Assembly: GCA_043228905.1 (NCBI GenBank) | Contig: JBHGNT010000006.1 | Coordinates: forward strand, 14,198,001-14,262,000 | Reading direction: 5' to 3' | Length of the DNA: 64,000 nt | From: Azolla caroliniana | Lineage: Eukaryota > Plantae > Polypodiophyta | Shown: positions 50,401 to 62,600 of the stretch, in pieces | How the letters are laid out: each line of letters starts with the position of its first letter | How positions within the stretch are numbered: the stretch's first letter is position 1 | The notes under the pieces: generated by a model | The model's database searches: none | Seen by the model: the letters and a program-made list of their open reading frames with translations, nothing else | Told to the model about the DNA's origin: nothing | Translations under genes and position numbers: made by a program

Positions 50401-52830
50401 TTTGTAGGTGCCTTCGTTGTTGCTCGAGCCCAATGATCCTTGTATAGTGACTCCTATCCTCTTCATGAAACCCAACATCATTTCTATTTTTTACACTTGC
50501 AGCATTAATGGTGCCACCATATTAATCTCGAAGCGTTGCTGCACACCCTCCCGTAACTTCCTCTGTCACCTGTCTCTTTCTTCTAATAATATCTATGATA
50601 ACTTCATGAAATTCTTTCTACTTCTCTTAAAGTAAATTCGACCTTACTATTTAATATTCTTGTTTCTAGTACCTTTTTTATATCCATTGTTGTTTCTATG
50701 TCAGAGGCAAGCTTGAAAGATGGGCCTGTCTTCCTTTTTACTTTATCAACTTCCTTCAGCTCAGTAGCACCCTTTTCCATCTCCCTTCTCTTCTGTTCTC
50801 GTGTCTCATGCCTCTTTGTTGGATCATCTTCCTCTGCTCTCTTCTGCTTCTCTTCCACTAGCACATCTTGTGCATTCACTTGGGCGAATGCTGATAGCGC
50901 ATCTACTGGATCATTCCATCCAGTGAAGTTTCGTATTTCATCTCCCGCTCCTTTTAATTCATCTACTCAAACCTTCCCTTTTCTTGCATAATCCATCACA
51001 TCTTGCCAAAAGTCAGATCCACCATATGAGTCTTCTACGCGCAACCCTAAGGTTGCCAAGGATTGTATCGCTTGAGTCATTTCTCTCTCGACATCTTCCA
51101 TTAGTTTTTTCATTCCACCTTGCCCGAAGTTGAGTTGAAGTGGTTGCCGAGTCTATGTCGAGTGAATCTTGCCATCTTGATAGTAGATTTTATTATGATT
51201 AAGAGCATCCCTATGTTCTTGAAAATCTTTCTTCTGGTGGTCGATATTGTCACACCACATACACCTTCAGACCACCCCACCTCCTTGCCTTGACGAAGTT
51301 GAGCTTTGTCCCGATTCAAGCTTCGTCACTTTGATCGACAAGTCTTTCATGCCTTTCACCAATTCGTGCAAGAGTGACTCTTCCACTTTCTTTTCTCTCG
51401 ACTTGTTCCCCGTTTCTTCTTCATTTCTCTCTGACAACTCCATAAACCATAACTTCCTTTTACAGAAATGGGCGCAAGCCCTTTTCACCTCCTCCCAGTC
51501 TTCAGTAAGTCCACTCGGACTATTCTGATCTTCTAGAAGCATTCCCAAGTCATTCCTGTCTTTAATATTAGTAGCTTGTAGAAACAATATTACTTTATCT
51601 AGCATTATTATATTTCTATCTCTAACATTTAATTGCTCAAATCTTTCTGAAAACTCTTTTAACACTTCCAAAACACTTAAATGTTTATCAGACTCTACCC
51701 AATCCATGAAAGCTCGCCTTGTCATCCTTGACATATCATTGAGGTTGTATTCATTTAGTAATGCTCTTTCGAACGTTGTCCATGTCTGATTCTCCCTCTA
51801 GAGCTCTTGGATCCTCTCTTGTAGCCCAATTGCAACGACTCAACTAAAGCTATTAATTTTTGCAGCTTCGTCGACACCACGTTTAAGCATTTCTTCATTG
51901 TAAATCTTTAGAAATCTTGTTAAATTTATACCTTCGAAGATTCCTACTCAAGCAAGAATATTGTCGATGGCTTTGTCGATGCTTGCCATCATACCTTGCT
52001 CTCGCATAATTCGTTCCACCATCGTACACATAAGCCTCATTTGCTCCTCCATTTCTCCTTGTCGCTGCCTTCGCGTCGGGTTCACCAAATGTGTCGGGGT
52101 AGTTGTGGTTCGTGTGGCGAAATCACAGGGACTAAGGTTTAAGGGGAGTTGAAGAAACTTTTATAAAGCTTGCGCACAAATGTTAGGAAGATTAAGGATA
52201 AGAAGAATAAGAGTTAAAAGTATTGTGTGACAAAGAGACGAGCATAGATTAGAGACAAAGACCATATATGACTTAAGAAGCAAGAGTATATGATATTAAC
52301 ATGATTTATATTAAGAATATAAGATTTTACCACAAAGATTCAGGATAGCAGGAATAAAAGTTGAAAGTAATGTACAAGAGAGAGACGCACAAGGATGAGA
52401 GATAGAGACAATGTATGATTGAAGAGGTAAGAAAATATGATAAGAATATGAATTATATTAAAAACCCAAGATTTTACCAAAGTTACAATGTCGATCACAA
52501 GATGTGACTTTTCTTTTGTTGAATTGTAGATTTGAACCCTTGCCTCCAACTTCGAAACACAAGCCTCTTCCCAAATGAGCTAACTTGTTTGTTTGATCAT
52601 ATCATTTCTCTACCTTTCTCTTCTTGATTGATCCCCTTTTGTTTTCCTTTCCCCTCTTTTATAAGTATTTCCATGCATATGGTAATGGCATGCATGAGTT
52701 ACATGTGATGCATGATTGCCATTTGGCGCACATGCATTGCATGTGATGCATGATAACCATCATGCTCATTTGAGCTCCCATGTATGAAAATATATATGGG
52801 ATAAATATAATGATGGATATAACCCTAAAA
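47459..52830 (-). mobile_element. Ty3/Gypsy non-chromovirus (gag-PR-RT-RH-partial IN) with tRNA-Trp PBS and 5' LTR starting at 52090
   Basis: IDHGSEINIM protease; LPQGATNSVAHM...PFLDDVPIKG RT; YAQVKRELWG...ETDCLP...NAVADMLSR RNase H; H...GHRG zinc finger. cgtcgggttcacca at 52074-52087 equals the plant tRNA-Trp 3' end and lies 2 nt from the LTR edge. The far LTR end was not resolved. Confidence 0.9.
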
Positions 52831-52837
52831 CAAATAA

Positions 52838-53097
52838 CCTAGCTTAGTGGTGTATGCTTTGTGCTTGATATACAAGGTTGAGGGTTCAAGTTCCTCAATT
52901 TTATTTAATACAATATTTAAGTTTATTCTTATATAGTGAAGCACATCCTTGACAACATTTCTAAAAACAAATTGCCTACCCTAGTGGTATATACATTGTG
53001 CTTGGTTTATAAGGTTGTGGGTTCAAGTGTCTCAAATACTACTAAATACAGTGCTTAAGTTCATTTTTATATCGTGAAGCACATTCTTCACGACAAC
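52838..53097 (+). repeat. Two ~140-bp tRNA-like (A-box/B-box) units ending like the 46652-47458 LTR
   Basis: tagcttagtgg (52840-52850) ... ggttcaagttcc (52883-52894); second copy at 52977-53030. Both are followed by gtgaagcacat..ctt..gacaac. Confidence 0.65.
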
Positions 53098-56000
53098 GCC
53101 CCGGTATTCAGCCTCAGTGCTCAACAGAGCCACTGTTGGCTGCTTTTTGCTGCTCCACGCAACAATCGCACTACCAAGAGAAAACATGTAACCGAAGGTG
53201 GATTTGTGATCCGATGCATTACCAGCCTAGTCCGCATCGGTATATCCGACTAGCTTCCCAACTATAACAGTCCCCGATTCTTCGTGTCGCATACATATAC
53301 CAGAGTATCTGGTGTGCGCACTGAAGGTGCTCGACGGTCGGCTTCTGGATGAACTGGTTGATCACTCCGACCGGATAACTGATGTCGGGTCGAGTGATTC
53401 TCAAGTAGATAAGGCTTCCGACAATTTGTCGGAACTGTTTCTCATTGCAGGCCATTCCAGAGTCGAGACGTAGCTTCAATTTCCGGTCTAGGGGTGTAGA
53501 GATCGGTCGGCATTCCGTCATGCCAAACTTGTACAACATATTCAACATATAATGGCATTGTGAGAGTAATATGCCATCGGGGGTTCGGATCACCTCAATC
53601 CCAAGAAAATAATGAAGGTCCCCTAGGTCCTTCATTTCAAATGCGTCTGACAACCAGGACTTTATTCGGCCTATTTCATTGAGTCTGGGTCCGGTGATGA
53701 CTAAATCATCTACATAAAGCAAGATACAAACCGAACCATCCGAACCTTGTCGGATGAACAATGATGAGTCAGATTTAGAGGTCACAAACCCCATCTTACG
53801 CAACCGGTGCGTGATCTTCGCATTCCAAGCTCGGGGGACTTGTTTCAAACCGTAAAGCGACTTCTTAAGCCGGCACACCGCCGACTTGTTCATCTCCGAC
53901 TGAAAACCGAGAGCTTGGATCATGTAGACCCATTCTTCAAGGTCACCTTGAAGAAACACATTCTTCACATCCATCTGGTGAGAATGCCATACCCTTCACG
54001 CAGCAACCGCCAGTACCACAGGAACCTGTTAGGATTTCGGTCCCTCCGGATGGGATATGAGTACCTGGTAAGGAAGACCCGGTGAGAACCGGATGACACA
54101 GGCCCGGTGAGAACCTGTCACCGGATGAAGGGACATATATGGAAATATGTTTCTGAGAGCCCATTGGGGCTATATCTGTAAATAGTCATAATGTCATATT
54201 AGTATAAATAGGACCTAGGGCAAACAAAATGGTACTGTATCATTGTGTTGTCATTATTTTGTATAGAGTTATTGGTGTAACTGTTGTACAAAGAGAGAAA
54301 GAGAGAGCGATACAGAGCGTGTCTCTGTTGTAATTGCCGTCATGCAAAGATTGAGAGCAAGAGGTCGTTGCCTCTGTGTTCCTCTATTGTATTCTCCTTA
54401 CATAGCGATAGTTGGAGTTTGTGAACTCCCGTGGTTTTTCCCATTTAGGGTTTCCACGTAAACATAATGTGTGCTCTCTTTCAGTGTTTTGTGTATACGT
54501 TCATCTATCTCCACATTCCCATTGCTGTGTTTGTAATTCTCAACGAAGTGAGTGAAGACTCGGTTGTGGCCGAGCATTATTCCACATATTCTCTTCAATA
54601 TGGTGTCAGAGCAAAACAACACAGAAAATGGAAGATTCGTTCGGAGGCATGTTCAAGCTCACCGGCTCCAACTACTCAGTGTGGAAGTCAAAGATTAGAG
54701 ACATGCTCGTGGTTAAAGATCTTTGGTTGCCGGTTTAGTTCGGGGACAAGAGACCGGATAAAATCGATGCCACGGTGTGGGAGGTAATGCACATGAAGAC
54801 AATAGCTTACATCCGGTGCCTCATTGACATGAGACTGTACAACAACTTCAATAAAGAGAGCAAGGCTCATGAACTCTGGGAGAAGATCGACATCATGTTC
54901 TAGAACAAGAATGCCATTAATTGGGTTTCGGTATTTCGGAAGCTAGTGAGGCTCCGGTACCAAGACAGATCTAGTATGGCTGAGCACATGAATGCCTTCC
55001 AGGGGCTGATTCACCAGGCAACATCGTTGGAAGTACCTCTCGCCGATGAGGTACTAGCATTGCTCCTGCTTGGTTCCCTCCCAGATAGCTGGGAGACATT
55101 AGTTGTCACTTTGGGCAACGCCGGGCCGGAAAGAAAACTGTTATCCCTAGCAAGAGTCAAGTCGAGCTTGCTAGATGAGGAGGTGCATCAGAAAGACAAG
55201 GATATGAGCTCAGACTCCAAAGCGCTCCTTACCGAAACGGAACGCGGAAGACAAAGGAACCGTAGCCCCCAGAACCGGGAAAAGTTGGGGACACGGTCAA
55301 AATCAAGGGGAGGCCTACTTGCTTCTATTGCGGCAAGCCATGACATTTCCATAAGAACTATCGGCACTTCCGAAAAGATAAGGAAACCGAAAATACTGAT
55401 TCGAAGCGGTCACCGGACTGGAACGGTAAAGACCGGAGGGGACCGGACCAGAAGGGAACGATGGCAATCGCGGCAAGTGAAGAGGAGTTGATGCTCATCA
55501 CCGAGGAGAGTGAGTTGAACCTTGCCGGTGACGAGACAACGTGGGTTGTCGATTCCGGAGCGTCGTTCCACCTGACCCCGGACCGGAAATGCTTCTCATC
55601 CTACATAGCCGGTGATCATGGCTGTGTCCGGATGGGGAATGAAGGTACATGGCGTAGGAGACGTGTGGCTGACAACACCAACCAGATGCAAGTTGCTGCT
55701 GAAGGATGTCCGAGACGTTCTGGAGCTTCGACTGAACTTGATATCAGCTGGTCGGCTAGATAATGAAGGCTACACGGGTAGCATCTGGAATGGTGTTATG
55801 AAGTTCAACAAAGGGAGCCTAAGAGTGGCTCGGGCCCGGAAAGTCAACACAATGTACCTAATGAATACCTGGTTATGCCCGGAAGAAGTGAACGTAGCAT
55901 CTGACATTGTCGGTGAGCTGTGGCACAAAAGACTCTCACATGAGTGAGAAGGGGATGAAGAGGCTTGCTGAAGACAACCTCATTCCGGTGAAGGAAGTGC

Positions 56001-59000
56001 AACTTGAGAAGTGCACCGATTGCCTAGCCGACAAGCAAAACTGCACCTCCTTTTGGTCAAGAGCACCGATGAGACGGAATGCACCACTAGAGTTGGTGCA
56101 TATCGATGTGTGTCAAGTCGACACGAAGTCACATGCTGGATCGCAGTACTTCGTAACGTTCATAGACGACCACAACTGGAAGCTGTGGGTCTCACTGTTG
56201 AAGACAAAGGACCAAGTGTTATCCGTCTTCAAGGAGCTCCATGTGAGAGTGGAAAGAGAAACCGGCCGGAAGCTGAAGGTGGTTCGAGTAGACAACAGAG
56301 GAGAATACCGGGGGCAGTTCGAGGAGTACTGCCGCTCGAAGGGAATCCGGCTCGAATTTACTGTGCCGAAGACGTCGGAACTCAATGGGTTGGCTGAGAG
56401 GATGAACCGGACCATAATGGAAAGGGTCCGGAGTATGTTAGCACATGCAAAGTTACCCAAGACATTTTGGGTTGAGGTGCTGTCGACAACGACGTATGTG
56501 ATAAACAGATCACCCTCAATGCCCTTGGACAGAGACACGCCACAGAGAGTATGGACCAGTAAGGAAGTGTCTTATCGGCACTTGAAGGTGTTCAGGTGTC
56601 TGGCTTACGTTCATGTGGCAAAGGACCGGAGAGCAAAGTTGGATCCAAAGTCCTGGCCTTGCATATTCCTTGGATACGAAGATGATGAGTTCAGCTACCG
56701 AGTGTGGGACCTCGTCGACAAGAAGGTGTTCCGGAGTCGAGATATTATCTTCATGGAGGACAAGACCCTTGCTGACTAGGAGTCGGAGAAGAAGATAATG
56801 AACTCCGAGTCGACTGGTAAGGATCAGACCGATGAGATTCAGACCTACCCGTGTAAGAGCCGATTGACACTCGAAGAACCGGCCGGTCACGGTGAGGATA
56901 CCGAACCGGCAAAGGAAGGAGAGGAAACTGAAACCGGAACCAGACAAGACCCCAAATCTGATTCGGATGAAGAACAGACACAGGAGGTGGTTACCAAAAA
57001 CCGAGGACGGAGATATCCTCTCCGGGAAAGAAGAGCCCCCCGGAGATTTCCGGATGTAGAGCATGTGTTGCTGACTGATGAGGGGGAGCCGGAAAGCTTC
57101 GAAGAAGCGAAGGATGACACCCATAGCCACAAGTAGTGGAGTGCCATACAGGACGAGATGGATTCCCTGCATGAGAACCACACGTATGAATTGGTGGAGT
57201 TGCCGAAAGGAAAGAGGGCACTTCGAAACAAGTGGGTGTACAAGCTGAAATCGGGAGATGCCGGCAACCCCCCGAGATACAAAGCCAAGATCGTGGTGAA
57301 GGGGTTCCAATAGAAGAAGGGTGTGAACTTTGACGAGATATTTGCCCTGGTAGTAAAGATGACTTCCATCCGGACGGTGTTGAGCATAGCGGCAAGCATG
57401 GACCTCGAGGTAGAGCAGTTAGACGTGAAGACGACGTTCCTCCACGGTGACCTCAAAGAGGAAATCTACATGCAGCAACCAGAGGGATTTGTGAAGAAAG
57501 GGAAGGAACACCTGGTTTGCCAGTTGAAGAAGAGCCTCTACGGTTTGAAGCAGGCTCCCCGACAATGGTACTGGAAATTCGACTCCTTCATGACCAATTA
57601 GGGGTACCACAAGACGCAGGCCGACCACTGCGTATTTGTGAAGAAGTTCGAAGATGGAGACTTCCTGATACTCCTCCGGTATGTGGAGGACATGTTGATC
57701 GTCGAACGAGACCAAGTCGAGTTACGGATGCTAAAGAAGGCCTTGAACCAAACCTTCTTAATGAAAGACTTGGGTCCGGAAGATAGATACTAGGGATGCA
57801 TATCATCCGGGACCGGTCAACGAAGCAATTGTGGCTATCATAGGAGAAGTACATGACAAAGGTGCTTCAACGGTTCAACATGTCAGATGTGAAATCGGTC
57901 GGATCGATACTCCCGGCAAACTGCGGGTTATCCGGTAGGCAAAGCCCGAAGACGAAGGCAAAGAAGGCGGATATGATGAAGATACCATATGCCTCTGCCG
58001 TCGGGAGCTTAATGTACACAATGGTGTGTATCCGACCGGATATCGGATATGCAGTCCAAGTGGTGAACCGGTTTATGAGCAATCCCAACAAGGAGCATTG
58101 GAATGCGGTAAAATGGATACTTCGGTACTTGAAAGGTACCTCAAGTATGTGTCTCCGATTCAGCTCAGGTAAACCCCAACTCGACGGATTCACGGATTCA
58201 GACATGTCGGTTGATGCGGATACCAGTCGGTCTACATCCGGATATGTCATGACATATGCAGGGGGAGCTGTCTCATGGCAGTTGAGGCTACAGAAGACGG
58301 TTGCGTTGTCAACCACGGAAGCGGTGTACATGGCAGCTGTGGAAGCCGGCAAGGAAATACTGTGGATGAAGGACTTCATCGAAGAGCTAGGGATCTGGCA
58401 AGAGGAATACCGGCTCTATTGCGACAGTCAAAGTGCCATCCACCTTGCGAAGAACGCAACATATCATTCCAGGACAAAGCACATCTAGCGCAGGTACCAC
58501 TAGATCTGTGAGCAAGTTGAAGATCGAGAGTTCGTGCTGATGAAGATTCACACGTAGGAGGACGGGTCGGATTTCGGTCCCTCTGGATGGGATATGAGTA
58601 CCTGGTAAGGAAGACCCGGTAAGAACCGGATGACGCAGGCCCGGTGAGAACCTCTCACCGAATGAAGGGACATATATGGAAATATGTTTCCAAGAGCCCA
58701 TTGGGGCTATATTTGTAAATAGTCCTAATGTCATATTAGTATAAATAGGACCTAGGGCAAACAGAGTGGTAGTGTATCATTGTGTTGTCATTATTTTGTA
58801 TAGAGTTATTGGTGTAACTGTTGTACAGAGAGAGAAAGAGAGAGCGATATAGAGTGTGTCTCTGTTGTAACTGCCGTCAGGCAAAGATTGAGAGCAAGAG
58901 GTCCTTGCCTCTGTGTTCCTCTGTTTTAATCTCCTTACATGGTGATAGTTGGAGTTTGTAGACTCCCGTGGTTTTTCCCATTTAGGGTTTGCACGTAAAC

Positions 59001-59643
59001 ATAATGTGTGCTCTCTTTCAATGTTTTGTGCATACGTTCATCTATCTCCACATTCCCATTATTGTGTTTGTAATTCTCAACGAAGTGAGTGAAGACTCGA
59101 TTGTGGCCAAGCATTATTCCGCATATTCTCTTGAGAACCGTCATCATCTTTGCTACCGGAGCGAAGGTCTCGTCATAGTTGATTCCGTAGGTCTGTGCGT
59201 ATCCCTTCGCCACTAACCGGGCCTTGTTCCAGTTAACCGAACCTTCGACATTGTACTTTACCTTGTACACCCATTTGCAACCAATCAGTTTACAGTGTCG
59301 GGGAGGGTCAACGAGGTCCCATGTGTTGTTGGCATCAAGTGCCCGCATTTCTTCTTCCATAGCAGCATGCCAATTTGCGTTTTTCGCTGCTTCTGCGTAG
59401 CTCTCTAGCTCACGCACTTCCGCCACTTTGGTCATGTACGCATAGTGATGCGCCATGTACTCATTGTACCCGTACCACGTAACGGGGTTCTTCTGGTGGG
59501 CAGAGCAGTGTAACTTGTCATCACCCGGTTCGGGGCCCTTCTTGGCCGGTTCAGACTTCGTTCTCGAAGATCCACCTTCATCCTTTTGGGAGTTGGATTC
59601 GCTCCGATCTGACTCAACATTTCCGGTTTCGTACTCCAGCATC
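53098..59643 (-). mobile_element. Ty1/Copia pol fragment (IN-RT linker, RT, start of RH), same family as 34873-43966, interrupted at 54027-59134
   Basis: YMAHHYAYMTKVAEVRE, IGCKWVYKVKY, MDVKNVFLQGDLEE, LLYVDDLVI, AWSSKKQPTVALLSTEAEYRG. Confidence 0.92.
54027..59134 (+). mobile_element. Tork/Tnt1-like Copia, near full length, decayed
   Basis: 5' LTR 54027-54597, PBS tggtgtcagagc at 54601-54612, gag-PR-IN-RT-RH with many stops, 3' LTR 58569-59134. The PPT and first 5 LTR bases were lost by a deletion at GGAT microhomology. TSD GAACC at 54022-54026 and 59135-59139. Confidence 0.95.
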
Positions 59644-62600
59644 TGTTGTCTGTCTGGCCGGACTAGCCTCAACACAGGTGTCTATCCGACACTTCTCCAA
59701 AGGGGTGGTAAGGATTGGATGCTAGGTTACACGCATAAGATGATTACAATTAAGCCCAGACGGTAAACAATACAAGATACAGATAAATACGCAATAATTA
59801 CTATTGTATTACTTCCGTCAAAACACTTTACAAATCATCGGATCCTTTTATAGGCATCCGGCAAGGTTACAATCGGTGCGCTTAGGCAACCGACATCCGA
59901 ATCGGTTCGGATCCGGATCGGTACAACTGTACCGGATCCGTCCCTCCGAATAATAATTCTACTATTATTTACTTCCTATTATCCGATCCGATTCCGCCTT
60001 CCCACTTGTCCTTGCTCTTCTGACCGGCCAACACATGGCACGCCCGTGGGAAAGTGCCTTGCACTTCGAATCCACTCCCGGCCTCAGTCTTCCTCCAAAA
60101 TATCGAGCACACTCTGCTCGATGGTGTCAAGTGGTGCTTCTTCCTCCTGTTCCTGTTCCTTGCCTGCCTGGTCTCCGACCTCCGGTTGGGTGGGCTGTTC
60201 CGTAAAAATTTGCTGCTCCGGCTCTGCTTGATTCTGTGGTGCCGGTGCTTCCTCACCTCTTCGTCCGGGTTCTTCCTGTTCTCCCTCCGTTCCTGGCTCT
60301 GTTCTGTTACCAGTGTCGCTTTCTCCGGTCTCGACTGGTCGACTCAATATGCCTCCTTCCTCTGCTCTGGTGTCTTCCGGTCTCAGCTCTTCTTCTTCTC
60401 CGGCATCAGTCCGCTCCTGCTCTTCTTCAAGTTCGTCTTCGGGTATTCCTCGTCGGGGTTGTTCGGTGTCGGTTGGTTCATCTTCAGCCGGTCGCGTTCC
60501 CTCACCAATAGTGGTTGGCATCGTTCTTCCCTTAGCTTCCTGTCGTAACCGGTCCTGCTCGTATCTCTCCAACTCTAACTGAGTTGCGAGCTGCCCGTCA
60601 TCCAACCTCTCTACCAACCCTCGGATTTCTTTGAGATGTTCTTCCGCTAAAGTGTAGAAATCTTCCGACAATTCTTCCCGAATGGCGACGATACTTTCCT
60701 CATCCATCTTGTAGAACTTGTCACCGGTCTTCCTCCGATTCTCGGCATCCGCTCGGAGTGTCTGCAGCTCAGCTGCCTGTTGTGACCACTCCTTCCATAG
60801 CTTTTCCGTACTTTCATTGATGCTTGCCTGAGCTCGGGTACTCCATCCTGACATGATGAGCTTGATCCGGTCAACCCCTGCCTTAGCATGCGCATAAGCT
60901 TCCTGCTTTTCCTTCCTTGCCCGTTTTGTAATGTCGGCCATTATCTGAGCCTGGGCCTCGTAATCTGCTTTCTGCTTTTCATAGGTACTCTGCAGTTTGC
61001 TGATCGTGAAGGTCGATTTTTCCTTTTCTTCATTCCTGATCTTGGTCAGGTCCAGCTTTTCCCGCCTTAGCGCCTCTAATTCCTTCCTTCTCTCCGTTGC
61101 TTGGGCTATTTCCGCCGACAATGCTTCCTTGTTGGCACTGACCTCATCCATCGCCTTAGCCAGGTCTAATCGGGTCTCTTTGAGCTGCTCTTTCAGCTTC
61201 TCTATTTGCCGGTCGTAGTCTGCTGCTCGTTTTTTGTTGTCCGACTCGGCCTGCTTGTGATCTCGGTAGAGACGGTCGAAGTCCTCCGTCTTCTGCTTCA
61301 GGCGTCGGGTTGCCTGAGCTCTTAACCGATCGTCCCGGTCCTTCTGTTGTCGGAGTTCTTCCTGCAGTCGTTCTATCTCTTGCTCGGCATGTCGACATAG
61401 TCGGTCCTTCTCCTTTTGCAGCTTCTCTTTTTCTTCTTGCAGTCGGTCATTAGCGGCTCGACCTTTCCGGAGGCCTTCTTCCATTTTTCGTCTGTCGTCC
61501 TCCACTGCTTTCCGCTGCTCCCTTTCTCTTTCCCTTAATGCCTCCTGAGCTTGTAACTCCTCTCGTAAGGTTTCTATTATTTTTTCGGTCTCAGGGCCAG
61601 TTTGCAAGGCTACCGGTTCCGGTTCCGGTTCTGGTTGCTTCCTTGTTGTCCGGACCGGCTCGGTGACAGCTTGTGCTTGTTGAATTCCTTCCCTTGCCTG
61701 CAACAGCTCCCCTTGCATTTCCTCGATCTGTGTTCGGAGCGCGACCAACTCCTGAGTTGTTGTATGCGTCAGCTGTTGCCTACACGTTTGTTCTTTCTCT
61801 AACTGGTCCGCTACTCCCGATAACTGCTCCGAAAGCCATCTCAGCCATTGTGGCTTTGTTCTTCCGGTGTCGGGGTGGCCTTGCTCACTTAAGCCAGGCT
61901 GATTTTCCGGCCTCTTTTCTGGCTCCGGCTCCGGCGCTTGTTCCTTCTTCTTCTCTGGGATGACTGGTTTTCTGAAGTCCGGCCCAACCGGTGTCGGTGC
62001 TGCTTCCCTGGGTACGGGTTCCAGTGCTGTTTCCGCCTCGGCTACTGGAGATGGTCCTTGCGCTCTCTGCTGAGTTCTGTCCACTGGTGGAGCCGGTCCT
62101 TTCGCCCGTTTCTCCCGACCTTGTCTTGCTGGGAGTCTTACCAGTGGTTCGGATGAGTCTTCTGTTTCAGTTTCCTCCTCCGGTGCGGTTACCAGACGGA
62201 CCTTTTGTATAGAGACCTTTGGTTCCGGTTCCGGCTGTCGCAGCGTTATATGGATTGGTTTGCGCGCTATTGGTTCCTCCTCGGCCGCTTTCCCTTTGCC
62301 TTTACCTGCCGGTTTTGCCTTTGTTGCCGGTTCCTGTTGCTGTCGGGATGGTCCTTCTTCCTGCTGTTCTGCTTCTTGCTGGGTCCATCCGGGGGTGTGT
62401 TTCTCCAAGATCTGTCGGCGCTTTGTGACCTTTTTCGGCGTCGTCTCCTGCCGACCTCTTTTCTTTTGTGTGATGGGGAGCACCGGTGGAACTAACACCG
62501 TTAGCCATTGTGCTATCCCGGCCCATGGCCTTTTTCCTTCCACAAGATTTCTGATGGCCTCCTTCAATCCTTCGGTTATGAAATGGAGCCAGTCTATTTG

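Noticed and set aside
52838-53030. Functional tRNA genes
   Set aside because: A and B boxes are present, but acceptor and anticodon stems do not pair convincingly. Kept only as tRNA-like repeats.
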